A stretch of DNA of 32,000 bases from the NCBI GenBank assembly GCA_036307445.1, contig JAXJXP010000045.1, positions 5,587-37,586 on the forward strand. The letters are read 5' to 3'. The notes below the pieces were generated by a model, which was given only the letters and a program-made list of their open reading frames with translations, did not search any database and was not told the DNA's origin. This stretch comes from Clostridia bacterium. GTDB taxonomy: Bacteria; Bacillota; Clostridia; UBA1381. The first letter of the stretch is position 1. Every line of letters begins with the position of its first letter. Position numbers and translations under genes: made by a program. Positions 23,877 to 30,747 of the stretch are shown piece after piece.

Positions 23877-26384
23877 TTAGTCAACCACCTTGTAGCCCTG
23901 ATCTTCAACAGCTTTTTTTAGAACTGAGTCGGTTACGTCCTTGGAAAGCTTTACAACAGCTGAGTTTTCTTCGTGGCTCACAATTGCTTCTGTAACACCA
24001 TCAATTGCCTCTAATACCGACTTTACTCTGCCTGAGCAATGACCGCACATCATACCTTCGATTTTCATTGTCTTTTCCATTGTTTTTCTCTCCTTATTTC
24101 TCGTTTTTTTATCTTTATTTGAGCTGTATATATTAAACAGATTAAGCCTTAAAGCATTTGAAACTACGCAAAAGTTTGAAAGACTCATTGCAGCTGCGCC
24201 GAACATCGGGTTAAGCTCAAGCCCGAATACTGGTATAAACACACCTGCCGCTAAGGGTATTCCGATAGTGTTGTAGATAAACGCCCAGAAAAGATTTTCA
24301 TAAATATTTTTTAATGTTTTGCGGCTTAATCGCAAAGCAGCTGGAACATCTGAAAGCTCGCTTTTCATAAGAACAATATCTGCCGCATCAATTGCAACAT
24401 CTGTACCTCTGCCGATTGCTATGCCTATATCTGCACTTGTAAGAGCGGGGGCGTCGTTAATTCCGTCGCCGACCATTGCAACAGTACCCTTTGATTTAAG
24501 CTCCATTATTATGCTTTCCTTACCCGAGGGCAATACACCTGCATAAACCTCATCAACACCGGTTGCCTTCTTAACAGCATTGGCGGTAAGCTCGTTATCG
24601 CCTGTTAGCATTACAACCTTTATGCCCATATTTTTTAGCTGACTGATGGCATCTGCACTGTCTGATTTTATGGCATCAGCTACAGCGATTATACCAAGCA
24701 GGGTTTCGTCTTTGCTGAAATATAAAGGTGTTTTGCCGTCTTGTGCAAGCTCTTTTGCCGTTTCTTTCATTTCCGTGGAAATGTCAGTCTTTTCTGATAT
24801 AAACCTGAAGTTGCCACCTGAAAGGACAACATTATCAAATCTTGCAGAAAGACCGTTTCCTGCAAAGGTCTGAAAATCTGTGGTTTCATAAATTGTCAGA
24901 TGCTCTTCCTCTGCCTTTTTGACTATTGCTCTGGCGAGGGGATGCTCGCTTTTTGACTCTAAAGAGTATGCCAGTTGTAAAAGCTCATTTTGTGTTAAAT
25001 CGGCGGACGGTATGATATCTGTAACAACAGGCTCACCGCTTGTTATAGTACCTGTTTTGTCGAGGGCAACTATCTGTACCTTGCCTGATTGTTCAAGAGA
25101 GGCTGCATTTTTAAACAGAATACCGTTTTTAGCACCTACTCCATTGCCTACCATTATTGCAACAGGTGTTGCCAAACCTAAAGCACACGGGCAACTTATG
25201 ACAAGAACAGATATTCCCCGTGAGAGAGCAAAGCCGAGGCTTTCGCCGCACAACATCCAGATAATTGCTGTAATAACTGCAATCGCAATTACTATTGGCA
25301 CAAACACTCCCGAAACCTTATCAGCAACCTTTGATATCGGTGCTTTTGTTGCTGCAGCATCGCTTACCATTTGTATGATTTGAGAAAGTGCTGTGTCATC
25401 ACCTACTTTTGTTGCTTCACATTTTATAAATCCCGATTGGTTGATTGTAGCTGCACAAACTTCATCGCCGACAACTTTGTCTACGGGTATGCTTTCGCCG
25501 GTTAAGGCTGATTCGTTTATTGCACAAAAACCGTCAATAATTACTCCATCTGCAGGGATAGCCATTCCAGGCTTAACTATAAATATATCGCCCTTTTTTA
25601 CATCTGTTGCAGTAATTTCAATTTCCTGACCGTCTTTTAATATGAGCGCTGTTTTTGGGGCAAGGTCCATAAGGCTTTTGATTGCGTTTGTGGTTTTACC
25701 CTTGGAACGAGCCTCAAGCATTTTGCCGACGGTAATGAGTGCTAAAATCATCGCCGCAGATTCAAAATAGAAATTGTCGTGCATATATGCAGTAAGCATA
25801 TCGGAGCCTATAACACCCGAAACTTCGCCAATATGCTTTGCGGAAGTCATCATAAAGAGTGCATAAGTGCTGTATAAAAATGCCGCACCTGAACCTAACG
25901 CAACAAGCGTGTCCATATTTGGACTGCGGTTAATAAGTGCTTTAAAGCCACTTGTGAAAAATTTGCCGTTTATAATCATAACCGCAATTGCAAGGAGCAT
26001 CTGCAAAATTCCCACGCCTATAGGGTTATTACTAAAGAAAGACGGCATAGGGAAACCCCACATCATATGTCCCATCGAAACATACATTAATATAATAAGA
26101 AATAAGAGAGAGCTTAAAAGTCTACGTATTATTGCAGGAGTTTCTTTATCCTCGAGGGACTTATCGTCAGACTGTTTTTTGCCTGCACCTTTTTTGGCTG
26201 CACCGTAGCCTGCTTTTGTAACGGCGGTTATTATATCTTTCTCGGTTGCAGTACCTTCTACGTTCATTGAGTTTGTCAGAAGATTTACCGAACAGCTTGT
26301 AACACCGTCAACGCCTGAAACCGCCTTTTCTACCCTTGAGCTGCAGGCGGCACAGCTCATACCTGTAATGTTATATTGTTCCAT
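23877..26384 (-). CDS. copA: Copper-translocating P1B-type ATPase with N-terminal and C-terminal HMA domains
   Basis: N-terminal HMA (GMSCAACSSRVEKAV), TM CPC motif (SCPCALGLATP), DKTGT, GDGINDAP. A second HMA domain sits at the extreme C-terminus (GMMCGHCSGRVKSVL). Confidence 0.95.
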   Translation of the reverse strand: MEQYNITGMSCAACSSRVEKAVSGVDGVTSCSVNLLTNSMNVEGTATEKDIITAVTKAGYGAAKKGAGKKQSDDKSLEDKETPAIIRRLLSSLLFLIILMYVSMGHMMWGFPMPSFFSNNPIGVGILQMLLAIAVMIINGKFFTSGFKALINRSPNMDTLVALGSGAAFLYSTYALFMMTSAKHIGEVSGVIGSDMLTAYMHDNFYFESAAMILALITVGKMLEARSKGKTTNAIKSLMDLAPKTALILKDGQEIEITATDVKKGDIFIVKPGMAIPADGVIIDGFCAINESALTGESIPVDKVVGDEVCAATINQSGFIKCEATKVGDDTALSQIIQMVSDAAATKAPISKVADKVSGVFVPIVIAIAVITAIIWMLCGESLGFALSRGISVLVISCPCALGLATPVAIMVGNGVGAKNGILFKNAASLEQSGKVQIVALDKTGTITSGEPVVTDIIPSADLTQNELLQLAYSLESKSEHPLARAIVKKAEEEHLTIYETTDFQTFAGNGLSARFDNVVLSGGNFRFISEKTDISTEMKETAKELAQDGKTPLYFSKDETLLGIIAVADAIKSDSADAISQLKNMGIKVVMLTGDNELTANAVKKATGVDEVYAGVLPSGKESIIMELKSKGTVAMVGDGINDAPALTSADIGIAIGRGTDVAIDAADIVLMKSELSDVPAALRLSRKTLKNIYENLFWAFIYNTIGIPLAAGVFIPVFGLELNPMFGAAAMSLSNFCVVSNALRLNLFNIYSSNKDKKTRNKERKTMEKTMKIEGMMCGHCSGRVKSVLEAIDGVTEAIVSHEENSAVVKLSKDVTDSVLKKAVEDQGYKVVD

Positions 26385-26409
26385 TTAAACACTCCTTTCG
26401 GATACATAT

Positions 26410-26438
26410 ATTTTATTCCCGTGCCAAGAATTTGTCAA
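26410..26438 (-). promoter_or_regulatory. Sigma-A type promoter of copA
   Basis: Minus strand: TTGACA (26438-26433), 17-nt spacer, TAAAAT (26415-26410). SD AAAGGAG precedes ATG 26384. Confidence 0.5.
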
Positions 26439-26454
26439 TATTATGCGGATATAA

Positions 26455-26472
26455 TAATTTTTATAAAAATTA
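26455..26472. repeat. Perfect 18-bp AT palindrome between the divergent copA and feoA promoters
   Basis: TAATTTTTATAAAAATTA is its own reverse complement. It lies 9 nt upstream of the feoA -35 and 16 nt upstream of the copA -35. Confidence 0.8.
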
Positions 26473-26481
26473 AAAAAAGTG

Positions 26482-26510
26482 TTGACAAACCCAATATGCT
26501 ATGGTAGAAT
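26482..26510 (+). promoter_or_regulatory. Sigma-A type promoter of feoA-feoB
   Basis: TTGACA (26482-26487), 17-nt spacer, TAGAAT (26505-26510) with an extended -10 TG. Confidence 0.6.
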
Positions 26511-26518
26511 ATTACAGA

Positions 26519-26554
26519 GTTAGTTAAGACTAATTTTTGTTAGACGAAACTAAT
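26519..26554. promoter_or_regulatory. Two tandem GTTAG-N6-CTAA palindromic operator-like boxes at the feoA transcription start
   Basis: gTTAGTTAAGACTAA (26520-26533) and gTTAGACGAAACTAA (26540-26553). The starts are 20 bp apart, and the first box begins 10 nt after the -10. Confidence 0.55.
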
Positions 26555-26586
26555 TCGTGAATTTATATAGAAATCAGGGGATTTAT

Positions 26587-26799
26587 ATGAATTTAAGTGT
26601 TGCAGAAGAAGGCAAAGAGTATATAATCAAAAGTATTGAAACTGATGATGAAGAGCTTGATGCATTTTTGTTTTCGTTAGGTTGTTACAGCGGTGAGCCT
26701 ATTACGGTGATTGCACACAGAAAGGGCGGATGCGTTGTTTCAATTAAGGATGCAAGATATAGTATCGACACTCAGTTGGCAGAAGCAATAATAATTTAA
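26587..26799 (+). CDS. feoA: Ferrous iron transport protein A
   Basis: Start re-set to the ATG at 26587 (AGGGGA SD). It is a 70-aa SH3-like FeoA (LSVAEEGKEYIIKSIETDDEELDAFLFSLGCYSGEPITV). Confidence 0.9.
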   Translation: MNLSVAEEGKEYIIKSIETDDEELDAFLFSLGCYSGEPITVIAHRKGGCVVSIKDARYSIDTQLAEAIII

Positions 26800-26826
26800 G
26801 ATTGGTTTTCTGCCAATTTCTTTTTG
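26776..26826 (+). terminator. Hairpin plus T-tract spanning the feoA stop (possible partial terminator or processing site)
   Basis: Perfect 9-bp stem TTGGCAGAA (26776-26784) / TTCTGCCAA (26808-26816) with a 23-nt loop, followed by TTTCTTTTT. The large loop makes terminator efficiency doubtful. Confidence 0.35.
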
Positions 26827-26833
26827 TAAACAG

Positions 26834-26849
26834 GTTAGTCTAAGCTAAC
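26834..26849. promoter_or_regulatory. Third GTTAG-N6-CTAAC box, between feoA and feoB
   Basis: GTTAGTCTAAGCTAAC has the same half-sites and spacing as the two boxes at 26520-26553. It lies 23 nt upstream of the feoB ATG. Confidence 0.5.
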
Positions 26850-26871
26850 TAAATATATGGAGGGGTAAAAA

Positions 26872-28887
26872 ATGAGAATAGCGTTAACAGGTAATCCGAA
26901 TAGTGGTAAAACCACTATGTATAATGCGTTGACCGGTCAGAACGAAAAGGTCGGAAATTGGGCGGGTGTTACGGTAGAGAAGAAGGAACATATAATAAAA
27001 AAGAGCTTGTGTCCTGATGGGAGAAATCTTGTGGCAGTTGACCTGCCGGGAGCATACTCAATGTCGCCATTCACATCTGAGGAGAGTATAACAAGCTCTT
27101 ATGTCAATAATGAAAATCCTGATGTGATTGTAAATATTGTCGATGCTACCAACTTAAGCAGAAGCTTGTTCTTCACAACGCAGCTTCTTGAGCTTGGTAT
27201 TCCTGTGGTTGTAGCACTCAATAAATCAGATATAAACGAAAAGAAGGAAACTGAGATTGATGTTACTGCTCTTTCTGAAAAGCTTGGATGTCCGGTCGTG
27301 GAAACTATATCCACATCTGCAGACGGTCTTAAAGAGGTTATCAAGACTGCTGTTTCTTTAAAAGGAAAAACACAGACAGCCCCATATGTTCAGGGAGATA
27401 TTGACCTTTCTGATAAAGCAGCGGTAGAAGCTGCTGACAGAGAGCGTTTCGGCTTTGTTAATAAGATTGTTTCTAAGGTAGAAACACGCAAGGTACATAC
27501 AAACGAGAAGAATTTTCAGGATAAAATCGACGCAGTCCTTACAAACAAATGGCTTGGTATTCCGATATTTGCAGTTGTTATGTATGCTGTGTTCTGGATT
27601 TCTCAGGCGGGACCGGGTGTTTGGATTGCAGATTGGCTGGTTGGATTGCTTGAAGGTGTACAGGGTTGGATTGGAGAGTTTTTGGGCGATGCAAATCCGC
27701 TTTTGTATGCGCTTTTGATCGACGGTGTAATAGGTGGAGTTATTGCGGTAATTGGTTTCCTGCCGCTTGTAATGGTGATGTATTTCCTGATTGCACTTTT
27801 GGAGGATTGCGGTTATATGGCGCGTGCTTCAGTTGTGCTTGATCCGATTTTCAAAAAGGTTGGTCTTTCTGGTAAGTCGGTTATTCCGTTTGTTATTGGT
27901 ACAGGTTGTGCAATACCGGGTGTAATGGCTTGCCGTACCATCAGAAATGAACGTGAACGCAGAGCGACAGCGATGCTTGCTCCGTTTATGCCGTGCGGTG
28001 CTAAATTGCCGGTCATTGGACTTTTTGCCGGTGCATTCTTTGCTGATGCTTCGTGGGTAGGACCTCTTATGTATTTTGCAGGAATTGTAATAATATTCTT
28101 CGGTGCATTGCTTATAAACAAAATAACAGGCTACAAGGCAAGAAAGTCATATTTTATTATTGAGCTTCCTGAATATAAGCTACCGAGTCTTATGCGAGCT
28201 TTGGGTTCAATGTGCAGTCGTGGCTGGGCATATATAGTAAAAGCGGCTACAATAATTCTTCTTTGTAATACTGCTGTTCAGATTATGCAGACATTTGATT
28301 GGAGCTTTGCTGCTGCAGAAAGTGCAGATACGTCAATTCTTGCATCAATCGCAGGACCATTTGCATATTTGTTAGTGCCGGTTGTGGGTGTGCTTTCGTG
28401 GCAGCTTGCAGCGGCGGCTGTTACAGGCTTTATAGCTAAAGAGAATGTAGTAGGTACTTTAGCAGTTTGCTTTGTTGGTCTTGAAAATCTTATTGATACA
28501 GAAGAGCTTGTTCTTATGGAAGGTGCAGGTGCTGAGGTTGCAACAGCATTCGCTATTACAAAGGTAGCTGCTCTTGCATATCTTATGTTCAACCTCTTTA
28601 CTCCGCCTTGTTTTGCGGCAATCGGTGCTATGAATGCTGAAATGAAGAGTGCGAAGTGGCTTTGGGGCGGCATAGGACTTCAGCTCTGTGTTGGATACAC
28701 TGTAGGGTATATGGTATATCAAATTGGTACACTTATCACAACAGGTGCTCTTGGTGCAGGATTCCTGCCCGGTCTTATAGCGGTTTTGATTATGGCGGCG
28801 GTTTTGGTATATCTTTGTGCAAATTCTGACAAAAAGCTTAAGGCAGAATATGCACTTAATGGCTCAAAGGCAAAACAGAAGGTGTGA
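26872..28887 (+). CDS. feoB: Ferrous iron transport protein B
   Basis: N-terminal GTPase (GNPNSGKTT, DLPG, NKSD) followed by a polytopic permease domain. 671 aa. Confidence 0.97.
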   Translation: MRIALTGNPNSGKTTMYNALTGQNEKVGNWAGVTVEKKEHIIKKSLCPDGRNLVAVDLPGAYSMSPFTSEESITSSYVNNENPDVIVNIVDATNLSRSLFFTTQLLELGIPVVVALNKSDINEKKETEIDVTALSEKLGCPVVETISTSADGLKEVIKTAVSLKGKTQTAPYVQGDIDLSDKAAVEAADRERFGFVNKIVSKVETRKVHTNEKNFQDKIDAVLTNKWLGIPIFAVVMYAVFWISQAGPGVWIADWLVGLLEGVQGWIGEFLGDANPLLYALLIDGVIGGVIAVIGFLPLVMVMYFLIALLEDCGYMARASVVLDPIFKKVGLSGKSVIPFVIGTGCAIPGVMACRTIRNERERRATAMLAPFMPCGAKLPVIGLFAGAFFADASWVGPLMYFAGIVIIFFGALLINKITGYKARKSYFIIELPEYKLPSLMRALGSMCSRGWAYIVKAATIILLCNTAVQIMQTFDWSFAAAESADTSILASIAGPFAYLLVPVVGVLSWQLAAAAVTGFIAKENVVGTLAVCFVGLENLIDTEELVLMEGAGAEVATAFAITKVAALAYLMFNLFTPPCFAAIGAMNAEMKSAKWLWGGIGLQLCVGYTVGYMVYQIGTLITTGALGAGFLPGLIAVLIMAAVLVYLCANSDKKLKAEYALNGSKAKQKV

Positions 28888-28892
28888 TTAAA

Positions 28893-29045
28893 ATGACAGA
28901 TATAATTATAATTGCAGTTGTAGTTCTTATACTTGTGCTGGCATCGGTATATATTTATAAAGCTAAAAAGAGCGGTAAAAAATGTATCGGATGCCCAGGT
29001 GGCTGCTCGTGTGATTGCAACGGCGGTTGCAGTTGTAACAATTAG
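28893..29045 (+). CDS. FeoB-associated Cys-rich small membrane protein (50 aa, not in the ORF track)
   Basis: MTDIIIIAVVVLILVLASVYIYKAKKSGKKCIGCPGGCSCDCNGGCSCNN: one TM helix plus a Cys-rich tail. SD AGAAGGTG lies 8 nt before the ATG and overlaps the feoB stop. A strong terminator follows. Confidence 0.75.
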   Translation: MTDIIIIAVVVLILVLASVYIYKAKKSGKKCIGCPGGCSCDCNGGCSCNN

Positions 29046-29047
29046 TA

Positions 29048-29082
29048 ACAATCTCCCGATTTTGTATCGGGAGATTGTTTTA
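29048..29082 (+). terminator. feo operon intrinsic terminator
   Basis: Perfect 13-bp stem ACAATCTCCCGAT (29048-29060) / ATCGGGAGATTGT (29066-29078), followed by TTTTA. Confidence 0.8.
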
Positions 29083-29107
29083 TGAGGATAATATTTACAG
29101 AAATTGA

Positions 29108-29136
29108 TTGACTAATTACAAAAAAAATGTTATAAT
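29108..29136 (+). promoter_or_regulatory. Sigma-A type promoter of the SNF-family transporter gene
   Basis: TTGACT (29108-29113), 17-nt spacer, TATAAT (29131-29136) with an extended -10 TG. The leader to the ATG is about 115 nt. Confidence 0.55.
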
Positions 29137-29256
29137 CTGTAACTAATGGCATAGAAGATGCGAAAAGACACTTATCAAAAAGACTTTTAAAGAATAAATA
29201 ATACTCTTTATTTTGCAAAAGCTATAAATAATAATGATAGGAAAAGGTAAAAGAAT

Positions 29257-30645
29257 ATGAACGAAAAGAAACGAAGCAGCTTTACAGGAGGAATAGGCTT
29301 TGTGCTTGCTGCGGCAGGCTCGGCGGTAGGACTCGGTAATCTTTGGAGATTTCCATATCTTGCGGCAAAAAACGGTGGAGGAGTATTCCTTTTAGTTTAC
29401 ATTATACTTGCATTAACATTTGGATTTGCACTTATGACCACCGAAATTGCAATTGGAAGAAAAACTAAAAAAAGTCCCATTAAGGCATATACAGCACTTA
29501 ATAAGAAGTTTGGATTTTTAGGAGTATTATCGGCTATAGTTCCGTTTTTAATATTCCCGTACTACTGTGTAATCGGAGGCTGGGTAACAAAGTACACAAC
29601 AGACTTCCTAATAGGAAACGGTATGCAAACTGTAGCTGACGGATACTTTACCGGTTTTATCACATCACAGTGGTCGCCTATTATCTGGACTGCAATATTT
29701 ATGGCGGCTACGGCATTGATTGTACTGGCGGGTGTTGATAAAGGTATAGAAAAGTTTTCGAAGGTTTTGATGCCGATTTTGTGCGTGCTTATAGTAGGTA
29801 TTGCGATTTTCTCCCTGACCATTAAGGGAACTTACGGCACAGCGTTGGATGGACTTAAGATTTATCTCATTCCTGATTTTACCAATATGACAGTCGGCAA
29901 ATTCTTCAAGGTTCTGCTTGATGCAATGAGTCAGATGTTCTATTCAATGAGTATTGCCATGGGAATACTTATAACCTACGGCTCTTACACAAGAGATGAT
30001 ACGAACCTTGTAAAATCAGTTAATCAGATAGAGCTTTTCGATACTCTGATAGCTATTCTTGCGGGTTTGATAATGGTTCCTGTTGTTTATGCATTTCAGG
30101 GTGCTGACGGCCTTGAAAAGTCAGGCCCGAGTTTGCTTTTTGTATCTTTACCTAAGGTGTTTGAGGCAATGGGTGTTGCAGGACATTTTGTGGGAGCTGC
30201 ATTCTTTGTGCTTGTAGTATTTGCTGCCATAACATCGTCTATTTCAATCCTTGAAGCTATAAATTCAGTTGTTATGGATAAGTATGGATGGGACAGAAAG
30301 AAATCCTGCCTTGCAATACTTGTTGTATCGGCTGTAATTGCACTTGTAACCTGCCTTGGTTATAATGTATGGTACTTCGAACTGACACTTCCCAACGGTG
30401 CGGTTGGACAGATTCTTGATATTCTTGACTATCTTACAAACAATATTCTTATGCCGATTGTTGCTTTTGCCACCTGTATTCTTATCGGTTGGGTAGTAAA
30501 GCCAAAGACTGTTTCTGATGAGGTTAAGAGAAATGGTGAATCTTTTGGCAGAGAGGCACTTTACAATGTGATGGTTAAATTTGTGGCACCGATTTGTCTT
30601 GTGCTTATATTCATATCAGCATTTGGTGTATTTAATAGGTTATAA
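29257..30645 (+). CDS. Sodium-dependent transporter, neurotransmitter:sodium symporter (SNF) family
   Basis: Signature GLGNLWRFPYLAAKNGGGVFL near the N-terminus and about 11-12 TM segments. 462 aa. Substrate is not deducible. Confidence 0.9.
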   Translation: MNEKKRSSFTGGIGFVLAAAGSAVGLGNLWRFPYLAAKNGGGVFLLVYIILALTFGFALMTTEIAIGRKTKKSPIKAYTALNKKFGFLGVLSAIVPFLIFPYYCVIGGWVTKYTTDFLIGNGMQTVADGYFTGFITSQWSPIIWTAIFMAATALIVLAGVDKGIEKFSKVLMPILCVLIVGIAIFSLTIKGTYGTALDGLKIYLIPDFTNMTVGKFFKVLLDAMSQMFYSMSIAMGILITYGSYTRDDTNLVKSVNQIELFDTLIAILAGLIMVPVVYAFQGADGLEKSGPSLLFVSLPKVFEAMGVAGHFVGAAFFVLVVFAAITSSISILEAINSVVMDKYGWDRKKSCLAILVVSAVIALVTCLGYNVWYFELTLPNGAVGQILDILDYLTNNILMPIVAFATCILIGWVVKPKTVSDEVKRNGESFGREALYNVMVKFVAPICLVLIFISAFGVFNRL

Positions 30646-30650
30646 TCATA

Positions 30651-30678
30651 AGGGACAACGAAAGTTGTCCTTTTTTTA
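30651..30678 (+). terminator. Intrinsic terminator after the SNF transporter gene
   Basis: GGACAAC-gaaa-GTTGTCC stem followed by TTTTTTT. Confidence 0.8.
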
Positions 30679-30689
30679 TTTACAAACTC

Positions 30690-30718
30690 TTGAAATGAAC
30701 AAAATTTGGTGTTATAAT
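30690..30718 (+). promoter_or_regulatory. Sigma-A type promoter of the SWIM-domain gene
   Basis: TTGAAA (30690-30695), 17-nt spacer, TATAAT (30713-30718) with an extended -10 TG. Confidence 0.55.
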
Positions 30719-30747
30719 TATAGGATACAAAGAGGGGAGGCGACGGT

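Noticed and set aside
26385-26440. CsoR or CopY operator upstream of copA.
   Set aside because: I looked for a GC-rich CsoR palindrome (TACCC-N-GGGTA type) and a CopY box (TACAnnTGTA). Only TACATATAT is present, which does not fit either.
29137-29256. Possible riboswitch or attenuator in the roughly 115-nt leader of the SNF-family transporter.
   Set aside because: Only a weak imperfect hairpin is present (AAAGAATA/TACTCTTT with a mismatch), with no convincing U-tract or conserved-looking multi-helix structure. The evidence is insufficient.
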